Shown here: positions 24,801 through 37,785 of the stretch, in pieces
Layout of the letters: each line of letters opens with the position of its first letter
Numbering within the stretch: the stretch's first letter is position 1
Origin: Chiloscyllium plagiosum
Lineage: Eukaryota
NCBI RefSeq assembly: GCF_004010195.1
Contig: NC_057719.1
Coordinates: forward strand, 71,216,831-71,280,830
Length of the DNA: 64,000 nt
Reading direction: 5' to 3'
Notes under the pieces: generated by a model
What the model saw: the letters and a program-made list of their open reading frames with translations, nothing else
The model's database searches: none
What the model was told of the DNA's origin: nothing
Program-made: the position numbers and the translations under genes

Positions 24801-26364
24801 GTGATCATCACCTTAAGGAGCAGAAGCTTAAATGCTGGAAAGTATAAACTGAATTACTTTCAAAACAAGATGAATGAGCACTCAGTCCGTGAAGGCAGTA
24901 AATTGCTTCTTTGTTTGGCTTAAAAATTAGTTTTAATATTTGTAAAACAAGATGCTCAGGTGAAAGCTGTCTGCAGTCATTAATGTGTCATATACGACTA
25001 CACCTTGCAGTTTTTCACCTTCAACAAATACGTCTTTGTTTATCCATGATGGAGATTTTGATCAACGATAGAGTGATGGCTATTAAATGTCTAGCTAATG
25101 GTATATTTGTAAGTCCGTTTTGACTACATTTTTAACATAACATTTAGGCACCTCATTTTATCAAGATAGGTGTATGGTATCCATTAAGTAGTTCATGCAT
25201 TCTCAAGTAAAATATCATGTCTTGTGATTTTAAAGAGGAAGTTAAGCCTTCTTTTAAAGTAGTTTAATTAAATACACTGAACCAGGGTAACACCGTTGAA
25301 CCGAAAGCTAGTGTTTCATTGCATGACAGTGACCTTAGACACAGATTAGCACTCACCATTCCCTCCATAGTCAGTTTCTAGTCTTGCTGAAGTTGTGAAT
25401 GTGAGACACTGAGCTAGAATCAGGTTTTTCCTTAGAGTGAGAGGCAATGAAAATTGCCTGGAGGGTTAGTCCAGGTCACATTTGCACACGTCTTAGAGAT
25501 GTTGGCAAAATCCTGGATGCAGATTGCCTCAGATTAGTTATGAATATTCACTAGTCCCACAACCTGTAATGTAGAGATTTGATATAGTGAATAAATAGGG
25601 AGTGACCTGGAAGACAATAGATAGGAGTTGTGGAGATGTATGTGTGTAAATTAATGCTGTGAGGTCTAATGGAGGTTTTATTGCCTAACCTGGAAGCATT
25701 TATGTAACATTTGTGGAAGATTTGAGAAAACTGAGGAAGATATTGTGCTGTGATTCTACAATTCTTCCACTCAAAATTCTCATGAACAAATGAGAAACTC
25801 CTTTCTGGAAACCCTGTATACTTGTCGTAAGTTCACAAAATTTTATTTTATTTGAAAACAGAAAGCAGCTTTATGGCAACTTCAAATTATTTGTGATGAC
25901 ATACAGTTCCTGAATGTGACATTTGAGGTCAGTTTTGCATGATGAAGAGTTCTCCTGATTGTTTCTCAGCAAATTGTGTCTCAAATTATCACCCATTTGT
26001 CAGTTAATTAATAATACTTTGATGTTATCCTTACAGAGAATTGATAGGCTTTTCTATTTATTTCAGCTAGGTGGTCTCAGTGGTCACCATCTAAGAAAAC
26101 TTCAACAGGTGGAGGTAAGAACATAATAAATCCAGGTCATTTCACGCAAAAAGACATTTCTGTCAGTGAATTTGCCTAACTTCAGAGAGAGAGAACACAC
26201 ATGCAGGCACTACTGAGAGACATAACATACTCAGCATAATAAGCACAGTTTAGTCAACAGGTATTGGATTTCTTAGCAATAGATTATAAGGAAACCAATA
26301 CTGTCATAAGAATTCATCTATTTACATGCAACTTTAAATGCAAATATTAAAGTAAGTGCATTTA

Positions 26365-26830
26365 GAAGTTATAGGAAAGTAGGAAATAGGAACAAGTGTG
26401 GGCCTTTCAGTCCCTGTGCCTGCTCTGCTATTTATCTAGATTGCAGCTGAATGTCGACCTTAACATTATTTTCCTGTGTAATCCCATATGCTTTAACCTT
26501 ATTAAAGCTATGATTCCATCAAGTTCTGTCTTGAATGTACTCTATGGCTGATCCTCCACAGTGCTTTTGGATAAAGAATTCTGAAGATTCACCACCCTCT
26601 GAATAGAGAACTTCCTCCTGAGTCCTCTCATTCATAGAATCCCTACAGAATGAAAGCAGGCCATGCTGCCCATCAAGTTCAGTTCTGACACTATGTCCAC
26701 TAGTTCTACACCCCAATCCCAGGTAGAGGAAAGCTCTTTGGTGTGTCTAACCTGCTGAGCTGTGTAAGAATTCTAAATGCTGCAATAAATCACCTATCAT
26801 TCTTTTACCATTTAGAAAAGAAGCCATAAT
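26365..26830 (-). mobile_element. Old CR1 3' fragments (nested tails)
   Basis: aaataggaacaagtgtgggcctttcag; gaattctgaagattcaccaccctctg. Confidence 0.55.
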
Positions 26831-27380
26831 CTCTACAAATGAAAGCTATTTTGCCATTACCTTTCAATTTTTTTAAAATAAGCAAAAATGATTAAAGTAG
26901 CTTTGCAAACTGCAGTGATTTTAAATTGTTGTCAATTAAATTGCACAGTTTCTTGATTTGACCACAATTAAGAAACTTGCTATGTAACATTTACACTATG
27001 GGTCAGAAATCTGATGATTTAAGCCTGTTTCTTGGGACCTAACTATGTATATAAGCCGTTAATATGGCAGGCAAGAAATGCACTTATTATAAACAGGTAC
27101 TCTACCATCTGCAATTCTCATGTAGGTTAAAAGAAATGCATCCAGAGCTTCTGCCACAAATGATATCTTCTGCCACAAATCTCTTTGCATTTGCAAACAA
27201 GGTGTTCAAAGCCTTTTTGAGTGGTACCAAACAGACTACTTTTGGTGAAACTAAATCCAAATCAATCTGACCAGCAATCCTGAAAGAAACTGCAACAAAC
27301 TGCATTAGAATGGTATGTTTGTGAAAACAAAATACTGAACTGAGTATCAATGAGGGTAAAAATAAATATTTTTTCACAAA

Positions 27381-27873
27381 AAGCGAAAGGTTTCAGAAAA
27401 GATTTACAGGAATGTTGCCCGGGTTGGAGGATTTGAGCTATCAGGAGAAGCTGAATAGGCTGGGACTGTTTCCCTGGAGCATCGGAGGCTGAGGGGTGAC
27501 CTTGTAGAGGTTTATAAATCATGAGAGGCATGGATAGGGTAAATAGGCAAGATCTTTTTCCTGTGGTGAGGGAGGCCAGAACTAGCAGGCGTAGGTTTAG
27601 GGTGAGAGGGGAAAGATATAAAAGGGACCTAAGGGGCAATTTTTTCACAGAGGGTGGTGCGTGTGTGGAATGAGTGGCCAGAGGAAGTGGTGGAGGTTGG
27701 TACAATTAAAGCATTTAAAAGGCATTTGGATGGGTATATGAATAGGAAGGGTTTAGAAGCATATGGGCCAAGTACTGGCAAATGTGGCTAGATTAGGTTA
27801 GGTTATCTGGTCAGCATGGACAAGTTGGACCAAAGGCTCTGTTTCTGTGCTGTACTTCTGTATAACTCTATAA
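27381..27873 (+). mobile_element. HER1/CR1 3' end
   Basis: ggaggctgaggggtgacctt...aggggcaattttttcacagagggtgg; (ctctataa) tail. Confidence 0.9.
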
Positions 27874-28483
27874 CTGTGAGGTCTTTCAGTAACCCTGAAG
27901 GTACTCTGCAAATCGTGTTAAGTAATAATTATCATCTGTATACCATCAGCCAAAAAAGTGGATAGGAGTGTATACTGAACAAAAAAATGACCATGCACAA
28001 CTAGATATTAATTGCATCTTGGGCAAAAGTTTCAAGAGCCCTGTCGAGTCTGGCACCATAAGGCCAAGAACTATGTAGGAGGATACTGCAAAGCCTAGGT
28101 CTTAGATATTTAAAGACTGGTAACCAGAAATGTACAGCAGCAATGGGTGATTTTTAAAGAAGAGATGATTTGTATACTGTCTAAGCACATTCTAACAATT
28201 ATCGAACAATAATAGAGCAGTTAAAGTCAATGGAAGCTCTTAGAATAATCTGCGAGAAAATTAACACTAACTTGGTCAAGCATAGACTGATAAAGGAGAG
28301 AAAGCACAGATTTGTCAAATTGTATTTGACTGCCAAGATTGAGTTTTTGATGAGTTAACACAGAGGATGAATAAGGACAGTACAAGTGGGTTGTATTTAC
28401 AAAATAGGTTTGTTAGCAAAATTAAAAGCCTAGGGAGAATAGGATAGTAGCAGTATGGGTACAAAATTGGCTATGTAATTTCA

Positions 28484-29266
28484 GAGGAGAAAGTGAGGTC
28501 TGCAGATGCTGGAGATCAGAGCTGAAAATGTGTTGCTGGAAAAGCGCAGCAGGTCAGGCAGCATCCAGGGAACAGGAGAATCGACGTTTCGGGCATAAGC
28601 CCTTCTTCAGGAATGAGGAAAGTTTGTCCAGCAGGCTAAGATAAAAGGTAGGGAGGAGGGACTTGGGGGAGGGGCGTCGGAAATGTGATAGGTGGAAAGA
28701 GGTCAAGGTGGATGCTGCAGGGTGGTTGGGTTGGTTCGTCCGGGTGGCCCAGAGGTGCTCTCTGAATCGCTCCGCAAGTAGGCGGCCTGTCTCCCCAATA
28801 TAGAGGAGGCCACACCGGCTGCAGCGGATGCAGTAGATGATGTGGGTGGAGGTGCAGGTGAATCTGTGGCGGATATGGAAGTTTCCTTTGGGGCCTTGGA
28901 GAGAAGTGAGGGGGGAGGTGTGGGCGCAAGTGTTGCACCTCCTGCGGTTGCAAGGGAAGGTGCCGGGAGTGGTGGTTGGGTCGGTGGGGGGTGTGGATCT
29001 GACAAGGGAGTCGCGGAGGGAGTGGTCTCTACGGAAAGCTGATAGGGGAGGGGAGGGAAATATATCCTTGGTGCTGGGTCTGTTTGGAGGTGGCGGAAGT
29101 GACGGCGGATGATGCGCTGTACATGGGGATTGGTGGGGTGGTAGGTGGGGACCAGTGGGGTTCTGTCCTGGTGGCGGTTGGAGGGGCGGGGCTCAAGGGC
29201 GGAGGAGCGGGAAGTGGAAGAGATGCAGTGGAGGGCATCGTCGACCACGTCGGGGGGGAAAATTGC
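28484..29266 (-). mobile_element. Penelope-like element (Neptune-type), 5'-truncated, internal deletion near 28710
   Basis: RTPLVPTYHPTN...IIRRHFRHLQTDP and a frameshifted GIY-YIG region; pLTR at the left end. Confidence 0.88.
28579..28614 (-). ncRNA. Minimal type I hammerhead motif
   Basis: ATTC-CTGAAGA-A-GGGC-TTAT-GCCC-GAAA-CG-TC-GATT; core intact, stem I weak. Confidence 0.7.
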
Positions 29267-29567
29267 AGAGAATTGCAATATGCCTGCTTTTCTGATTGGA
29301 GGAAAGAAGACAATGGGCTAAAGGTTTCAGTACTGGACCACTGCTATTTTTGTTATACATTCATGATTTGGCCTGGAGGGTCTAGGGCACAGCTTCAAAA
29401 ATTGTACGTGACAAAACTGGACAATATCGGAAGCAGCGGGAAGTTAACTATAGATTTCCAAGAGAAGGAAAACGGACTGGTAGAATGGACAGATAGATAG
29501 TAGATGGAATTAAATGCAGAAAGGGTGAAATGGAAAATTAGGAAGAATTTTGAGGGATAATATAAGA

Positions 29568-30192
29568 TCATAAGACATAAGAGTGGAAGTAAGGCCATTC
29601 AGCCCATCAAGTCCACTCTGCCATTTAATCAAGGCTGATGGACATTTCAACTCCTCTTACCCGCACTCTTCCCGTAGCCCTTAATTCCTTGCGAGATCAA
29701 GGATTTATCAATCTCTGCCTTGAAGACATTTAACGTTCCAGCCTCCATTGTACTCTGTGGTAATGAATTCCACAGACCCTCCACTCTCTGGCTGAAGAAA
29801 TGTCTCCTCATTTCTGTTCTAATTTGACCCCCTCTAATTCTAAGGCTGTGCCCAAGGGTCCTAGTATCCCTGCCTAACAAATTCCCAGTGTCCACCCTTT
29901 CTAAGCCATGTATTATCTTGTAAGTTTCTATTAGATCTCCCCTCAACCTTCTAAACTCTAATGTATATAATCCCACGTTCCTCAGTCATTCATCATATGT
30001 TCGGCTTACCATTCCAGGGATCATTCGTGTGAATCTCCGCTGGACATGCACCATTGCCAGTATGTCCTTCCTGAGGTGTGGGGCCCAAAATTGTACACAG
30101 TATTCTAAATGGGGCCTAACTAGAGCTTTATAAAGCCTCAGTAGCACATCGCTGCTTTTATATTCCAACTCTTTTGAGATAAATGACAACAT
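29568..30192 (-). mobile_element. CR1 LINE 3' end
   Basis: LYKALVRPHLEYCVQFWAP; FFSQRVEGLWNSLP; (cataaga)n tail. Confidence 0.92.
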
Positions 30193-31849
30193 CTGTTTAA
30201 CAATATCTGTTTAATTACGCAATTTTAAAAGACAAGGAATAGACTTGGGTGTTTGTGCATCAAACTATGAAGGTGGCAAGACAGGTTAATAATGTAGCAC
30301 TTTGATAAAGTTTTTAAAATCCTGAGTTTAGTAAAGGTACAAAATACATATGCCAGGATTTTCTGCTAAACCTATAAAAAGTATTTGTTCAGCTATTTAG
30401 TTATAGCTGGAGCAGCGTGTGTGTGTAAATCTGGGCACCAGACTTTAGAAAGAACAGGGATTTCAAATACAGGGGTAAATTGGAGAAACTAGTCAGGGAA
30501 AGGAAGGCTAAGAGGAAATAAGTAAGAAATCATGAAGGATTTACATAGGAAGGCATAGAATATCCAGCCCGGAAACAGACTCTTCAGCCCAATGTGTCTA
30601 GGTCTCCCTGCTTGATTTGCTTAATCTTCCTCCCATTCTTCACATCTCGTGCTAAAACATAACACTTCTCCCTCACATTCCTACGGACCATCTTGTCCAC
30701 TTTAAGCAAAAAAGCAAAGAAATTGTTTCCAACAACAGTATGTGTAGTATAAAGGATTGATGTGAATATGTTCCAAATAAGATGGTCCATATTGTTGTTG
30801 GAAAATTAGCAAGATCACATGACGACTGGTTCTGTCTAACAACCTTGTCTTGAGGCAAGATCTTGTCCTGTACATAGCTAATCTTTCAATTTTTGAATAA
30901 AAGGTAACATTGCTAACAACCAAAACTCTTTCAACCTTGGTCAACCCCATTCCCAGATGAAACCAAAGTGGAGTAGCAGATAGTGGCAGCAGGTGAACGG
31001 ATTCCAGAACAGAAGAACAGTTGAGGATTGAACAGCATGTGGAGTGCAGCAACAGTACAGAGAAGGAATGGAGTCGTCATTATCACTAGCTGAGCACTTG
31101 GAGGAAGTTAAAGGCCCAAACCAGGCTGAGCAGTGGTTGAGCAACACCTGCTGGTTCACAAAATATCATACTGCCTTGAGTGGAACACACTTCTATACTC
31201 CATGGGAAATGATATCTCATTCTCATTTAATGTAGTAAGTAGTTAAGAATGTGTTTGGGTTAATTGATTAATTAATTGCCTGGGTAGATATAAAGGGTAA
31301 ACAGGTTAGAGTGCTGTGTGAATGGTTACAAAACAAATCACCTGCTCTGCTCTTGGGCTTGCTAGGCTGCTTATAAACAGGCCCAGGCAGCAGGCTGTAC
31401 AGGGGGTCATCTCTGCTGACTGCCTCTCTGGTTGTTATTGGACAGTGAGCACACAGTGTCCATCAATGCTCTCAATGCCTTTAGAGAGAGGTGGACACCA
31501 CAGAAGATACAGTGATTTATTTCTCCTTCCAATTCCGCTTTGATTTATCCCCTTCCCTCTCTTCCACACCCCCCATCCCACACTTTGATGTTAGTATTGC
31601 ACGTAACAGGCTTTATTTGTAAATATTCAATTGGTCACATGGGTGTTTTCCTGGAGGTGGAGACAATTACATATATAGACAGAAAATGAAGACACCCCAC
31701 CTTGTGAATAGAGTTTATTATTATTTAAATATAAAAAAGTAAACTGGATTCAAAACAGTGTCTTCATTTTCTGTTTTGCTGTTAAAAACTTTTTAAAAAT
31801 TAATAATTTAACATATAACCACAAGTGATTTTAAAAAAGAAAAACAGAC

Positions 31850-33250
31850 CCAGCATTCGGTTATGTCTGGATAGAGAGGAAAAAGTGGAAACAAAAGATT
31901 TTTTAAAAACACCTCTGGGTAGTCATATGTGAAAGCAGCTCTGAGACTGACTACTTATTATCCTCAATCCATCAAGAAAGATTTCTTGGTTTCTATCTTG
32001 CCAGCTTGATGGAATATAATACAAGGCAAGTGGTTAACAAGAAAGCAGCTGTGTACAACAAAATAACTCCATATTTACTTCAGTGTGAGAAAAGTTACCA
32101 CTGGTTTTAAGCACATCCAGTGACTGGGAGAATCTTCTAATTCATTTATCAAACATTTATACTGGCTTCTAGAAAACTGTGAACACACAAATTTAATGGA
32201 AGAATTAACCTGAGACAGTGAATCGTTATGGGGGTCTCAGATGAGAGATTGTCAGTTTTTGCAGTTGAGAGACAATTTGATATTGACAAAGGCAGTACAA
32301 TGTATCAGGCAAGAGGAGGTTAGTAAACAGCACTGTGCAGTAATTCAAAGTGACAGAGAGACTTATTGGTAAACTTTGATCAACTGATCGCAGTTTGTTA
32401 AGCTGTGGAGTAAAAATGTGGCTGCACAGAAATGGCAACGCATGGTTCTTGGTGCAGCAGAACAAGGCAGCATCAGGGTCAAGATTGTCCTGCCTAAACG
32501 ATGGTGTGCCATTGCTATTAAAACCTGGGTCATTTTAAAGCAGTTAGTCATGGTGAGAAATTCAAAACAAAGACCTTAAGAGGTTAACAAAATCCAAGAA
32601 ACTGAAGGTGTCAATAATACAACGGTGCCACCCCTGGGTGAAATGAAAGGATTGACTGGAAGTTGTTGAAATGCAAAAGTATGTGCTGCACCAAAGGATA
32701 GCTAGAATATCCTCCACACAATCCAATTCTGCGTTTATACCAGGGTCACTTGGGTATCACAAAGTGTTGTGCCAAGACATGACATTCTGTTAGGTAGATG
32801 GGGGCTCTCAAAATCCTGAGAAGAGATGATTTGAAATTGCATCTTGTGCACTATCCATCAATGGGAGCAAAGGGAATCACTGATGGTATCTTTGTTTCTG
32901 TCCAGAGTTATGGAGGAGGTGGATGATTACCATTCCAATCTAACTGGTAATGTCAGTTGTCATCAGTGAGTGCACAACCTATCACATCTTCAGGCTGGAG
33001 TGTCTGAGAATCCTGATCAAAATCGCCAAGGCCAAGTTTTTGATTAAATATTATCTTCTAAAAACCGATCTTGTGGAGACAGTTAATGGGATATTGAGAT
33101 GAAGCAGGGATGCACTAATTTCTACAAGGTACTGACCTTCTACTGAGTTATTCCAGAGAAGATGGCACAAATGGTGACGCCCCATCATCTGACTTTTCTC
33201 ACTCTACTGAACACATGGAGCGCTGAGAACATGATTAGGTAGGCTGGTGA
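31850..33250 (+). pseudogene. Decayed Gypsy gag (plus probable pol start)
   Basis: Manual frames LGESSNSFIKHLYWLLENCEH, IVMGVSDERLS, LQLRDNLILTKAV and knuckle DCPA*TMVCHCY*NLGHFKAV. Confidence 0.72.
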
Positions 33251-33864
33251 AACTGCCACAGCAGTTATCTGTCAGAGTCAGAGATATGGTTAGAACCTTA
33301 TGATGTAACGTACTCTGAAGAGTCAGAGAACTAAGTAAAAAAGATCAATCTGAATATATAAACAAGATAGTCGATATCAGAATTAGGAAGTGATACAAGA
33401 TCACATATATACTAGGAAACAGTTCTCGTTAGTAACCCTTTGGCAAAGATGAAATTCTTTCCTGTAGTGTTAGTATTTACAATGTTTAAATACAAGGTAA
33501 ATGGTTAACAATAACCAAGATTTCTCAAATCTTTATCAAATCTACTCCCATATGCATCCAAATAACAAAGAAGTGCCAAAAGCAAAGGGTACAAATTTAA
33601 GGTGATTGCAAAGAACCAGAGGTGATGAGAGGAAATGTTCTTTTTAATTCATTCACAAGATGTAAGCATTGCTGGTTAAAGGGCAGTTAAGAGTTGACCC
33701 ATTGCTATGGGTCTAGAGTCACATAAAGGCCAAATGAGGAGTTTCTTTCTCTAAAGCGCATTAGTGAACCAGATGGGATTTCTCTCCCTCCCCGCCCAGC
33801 GGTCTATGGTTATTATTAGACTCTTATTGTTGTGGTTCTGTTTGCCGAGCTGGGAATTTGTGTT

Positions 33865-33904
33865 GCAGACGTTTCGTCCCCTGTCTAGGTGACATCCTCA
33901 GTGT
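33865..33904 (-). ncRNA. Minimal type I hammerhead motif
   Basis: ACA-CTGAGGA-TGTCACCT-AGAC-AGGGGAC-GAAA-CG-TC-TGC. Confidence 0.75.
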
Positions 33905-34428
33905 TTGGGAGCCTCCTGTGAAGCGCTTCTGTGATGTTTCCTCCGGCATTTATAGTGGTTTGAATCTGCTGCTTCCGGTTGTCAGTTCCAGCTGTCAATT
34001 GCAGTGGCCGGTATATTGGGTCCAGATCGATGTGCTTATTGATTGAATCTGTGGATGAGTGCCATGCCTCTAGGAATTCCCTGGCTGTTCTCTGTTTGGC
34101 TTGTCCTATAATAGTAGTGTTGTCCCAGTCGAATTCATGTTGCTTGTCATCTGCATGTGTGGCTACTAAGGATAGCTGGTCGTGTCGTTTCATGGCTAGT
34201 TGGTGTTCATGGATGCAGATCGTTAGCTGTCTTCCTGTTTGTCCTATGTAGTGTTTTGTGCAGTCCTTGCATGGGATTTTGTACACTACATTGGTTTTGC
34301 TCATTGGTTTTGCTCAATATACCGACCACCGCAGCAGACAGCTGGAACTGACAACCGGCAGCGACAGATTCAAACCACTACAAATGCCGGAGGAAAGATC
34401 ACAGAAGGGCTTCACAGGAGGCTCCCAA

Positions 34429-34468
34429 GCACTGAGGATGTCACCTAGACAGGGGATGAAACGTCTGC
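34429..34468 (+). ncRNA. Minimal type I hammerhead motif
   Basis: GCA-CTGAGGA-TGTCACCT-AGAC-AGGGGAT-GAAA-CG-TC-TGC; stem I GCA/TGC. Confidence 0.75.
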
Positions 34469-35271
34469 AACACAAGTTCCCAGCTCGGTGAACAGAACCA
34501 CAACAACGAGCACCCAGGCTAGGAATCTTCTCACAAACTTTGAAAACTCTTATTAGCAGATTTTGTTCACAAGATTGAATTCCAATTCCATCATGGTAGG
34601 ATTTGAACCCAGGTCACCAGAATATGACCTGGGTCTCTGAATTGATGGTCTAGCAACAGTGCCCGCTAGGCCTCCACCTCCTCCTTCATGTAACAAATGG
34701 TCAAGGTTTGGAATACATAGACTGAGAGGATGATGCAAGTAGACTGACCAAAAGTTACACAACGGAATTGCATGAATTCTTGAATGAAGCGCAGTTGCAT
34801 AGATATGGGAAGAAAGCGAAAGCAAGGTACCAAATGGATTGCTCTTCAGAAGAGAGTTTAATGGATAAAAGTCCTCTTTCTATGCAATGTTCTGTTGCTG
34901 TGACTGTAAAGTCCAGAAAAGTAAGAGTCAAGATTCTTCTAGCCGTGGTTCCTTAACCTTTCCTCACACCTGATTGCCCCTTTGAAACTCCACCTTCTCC
35001 CCCCCATCTTGATTAAAAGATCATTCACTTTATTGTAATTGCTAAGTGCTGTGTACAAATTGTATCTGCTTATAACACAGCAGGCTTTGCACATTAAAAC
35101 AAATGAATCAGCAATAAATCATTTTTGGGCATACTGCAATGTGAAAGTGAATGAATGAATGAGCTTTATTGTCACATGTAGTCACATGAGTACAGTGAGA
35201 AGTTTACAAGGTGCCACTTACAGCACCATCTTAGTTACAAATGTACCTAGGTACGGATTGTTGAGTACAAA

Positions 35272-35516
35272 TTGAGGGGTGATAGATTTAAGACAGATGT
35301 CAGTGGCAGGTTCTTTACTCAGAGAGTGGTAAGGGTGTGGAATGCCCTACCTGCCAATGTAGTTAACTCAGCCACATGAGGGAGATTTAAACAATCCTTG
35401 GATAAGCACATGGATGATGATGGGATATTGTAGGAGGATGGGCTTAGAGCATTTCACAGGTCGGTGCAACATCGAGGGATGAAGGACCTGTTCTGCGCTG
35501 TTGTGTTCTATGTTCT
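35272..35516 (+). mobile_element. CR1 3' end inserted in another repeat
   Basis: ttctttactcagagagtggtaagggtgtggaatgccct; (gttctat) tail. Confidence 0.8.
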
Positions 35517-36539
35517 TAATTCTTAGGAAAAAAACAAGAAAGATAAAATCCATCATTACAGACTTCCAAAAGTACAAAATCACAGAAATAAATTAGAAAA
35601 ATAAAGAAATAAAAAGTTCAGAATAACAGTCCTTTGACAATAGTATAATAAAAAGAAAGTAATTTTTTAAATAGAGAATTTAATCCATTTCATGGCTCTG
35701 GTCTCAAGGACCTGACCACCACTGTTGGAATCCTCAGCTGAACCACCACAATGGAGTCACAGACCAATGCCGAAGTCAACAAAAGGAGACCCAGACTGAC
35801 ACTGATGAAAATCATCACTGAAGCTGATGAAAGGACTTCCTAGGCCTCCGCCAAAGCTGCCAAAAAGGAGTCCCAGGCTAGTCATTGAAGTCCCGGGCCT
35901 GGACCTACCACAAAGCAGCTGCGAAAGAAGCCTAGTCGAAGAACCCACCAGGACACAGCCATGAGAAACAACCAGACCCACACTGCATTCTTGGCTGCTG
36001 CAGCCTCTCAGAGCCTCCTCCCTTAACCAAAGACACCAAAAGATTGGATGAACTTGATAAAAAAAAGGACGTTGCAGGCCTGATAGTAGATGGGCCAGGA
36101 GCCCAAGCACTTCTTATCCTGTTTCCACCATCTAAAGGTGTGTTAGAACTGTTGATATATAACTGGAAGTTTATCATTTCTATCAGGATTTAAATTCAGT
36201 TTCCATAGCAAAAGTGATTCTAACGATCTATTCTGTCCAACACCTATACTTTCCACACCTCCCAGGGAATAGTTATCAATTAGTAATTGCTAGGTGTAGG
36301 AGAAAATGAGCTGTCTAATGTCTTTGATTGTGTTGTGATAAAATTGAATTCAAAGTGCTAAAGAAGAAAAAGATTAACAGTGGGGCAATAAATAATAAGA
36401 TTTGATAGTTGTAACATATTCACTAAAATTCCACGCATGTGAAAGTGAACATGAAATAAATTTAACCAGAAGAATTAAAAAGCAGGATATGCTTTGTTTT
36501 AATTGTGTAAAGAAACAAATGAAATCTGTTAACTTTGAT

Positions 36540-37785
36540 CTGATTTACTATTGTCATGTATACCGAGATACAGTGAAAGGTGCTGTTTTGCGTGCTATCC
36601 AGACAAATCATACCTTATGAAAGTACATCAGGGTAATAGAACAGAATGCAGAATATAGTGTCACAGCTACAGGAAAGGTACAGGGAAAGATCAAATCTAC
36701 TATATGGGAGTCTAATATATAAGTCTGATAACAGCAAGGAAGAAGCTGTTCTTGAATCTGTTGGTATATGTTTTCAACCTTTTGTATCTACTGCTCAATG
36801 TAAGAGGACGGAAGAGAGTATAACCAGGGCTGTAGGCATCTTTGATTATGTTTGTTGCTTTCCCAAGGCAGCAGCAAGTGTAGACAGGGTCAATGGGTAG
36901 AAGGCTGATTTTCATGATAGACTGAGCTATGTTCACAACTCTCTGTAATTTCTTGAAGTCTTGGGCAGAGCAGATGCTGTATCAAGCTGTGATGCATCTA
37001 GATAGGATGCTTTCTATGATGCATCTATAAATATTGGTAAGAGTCATCAAGGACATGCTGAATTTCCTTAGCCTTGAGGACGAGAAGGGGTTGATGTGCT
37101 TTCTTGACTATAGCATTGACGTGGATGGATCCAGGACTGATTGTTGTGATATTTACTCCTAGGAACTTGAAACCCCTGACCATCTTCACCTCACCACCAT
37201 TGATACAGATAGGGGCATGTTGTCCACTCCACTCCCTGAAGTTGGTGACCAGCTTCTTCATTTTGCTAACATTGAGGGAAAGATTGTTGTCTTTATGCCA
37301 CACCACTAAGATCTCCATCTCTTTCCTGTACTCTGCCTTGTTTGAGATCTGACCCACTATGGTGGTGTCAGCAGCAAAGTTGTAAAAGGAGTTAGTGCTG
37401 AATTTGGCCACACAGTTGTGAGTGTATAAGGAGTATAGTAAGGGGCTGAATATGCAGCCCTTATAGGACACCGGTGTTGAGGATTATTGTGGAGGAGGGG
37501 TTGTCGCCTATCCTTACTGATTGAGGTCTGTGGGTCAGGAAGTTGAAGATCCAGTTGCAGAGGAGGGAGCAGAGTCCTAGGTCTCAGAGTTTGGAGATGA
37601 GTGTGTTTGTAAGCACAGTGTTGAAGGCAGAGCTGACATCAATAAATAAGAGTCTGACAGATGTATCCTTGTTATGCAGATGTTCCAGGGATGAGTGAAG
37701 AGCCAGGGAGATTGGTGTATGCCATGTACCTAATGTGATGTTAGATGAATTGTAGTGGATCAAAGCCATCTGGGAGACTGGATTT
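36540..37785 (-). mobile_element. Rex1/Babar LINE, RT to 3' end
   Basis: [30 protein letters not shown]...FAADTTIVG, TNRFKNSFF. Confidence 0.85.

Larger units (their letters stand above)
28150..30550 (+). mobile_element. Old CR1 ORF2 fossil split by two younger insertions
   Basis: Pieces ~28150-28483, ~29267-29567 and ~30200-30550 follow CR1 RT order. Confidence 0.55.
33829..34545. mobile_element. Penelope-like element (Poseidon-type) with inverted arms, inside a SINE-like repeat
   Basis: Minus-strand GIY-YIG KTNVVYKIPCKDCTKHYIGQTGR; ~34315-34505 inverts ~33829-34018; TSD actcttatt at 33820-33828 and 34546-34554. Confidence 0.93.

Noticed and set aside
26067..26114. WSQWS as a cytokine-receptor WSXWS exon
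   Set aside because: An in-frame stop lies shortly upstream and no FN3 sequence precedes it; likely chance
28636..29500. Pro/Gly-rich overlapping ORFs
   Set aside because: Alternative frames of the GC-rich Penelope fragment
30660..31240. Cluster of short ORFs as host exons
   Set aside because: No consistent frame or recognisable homology
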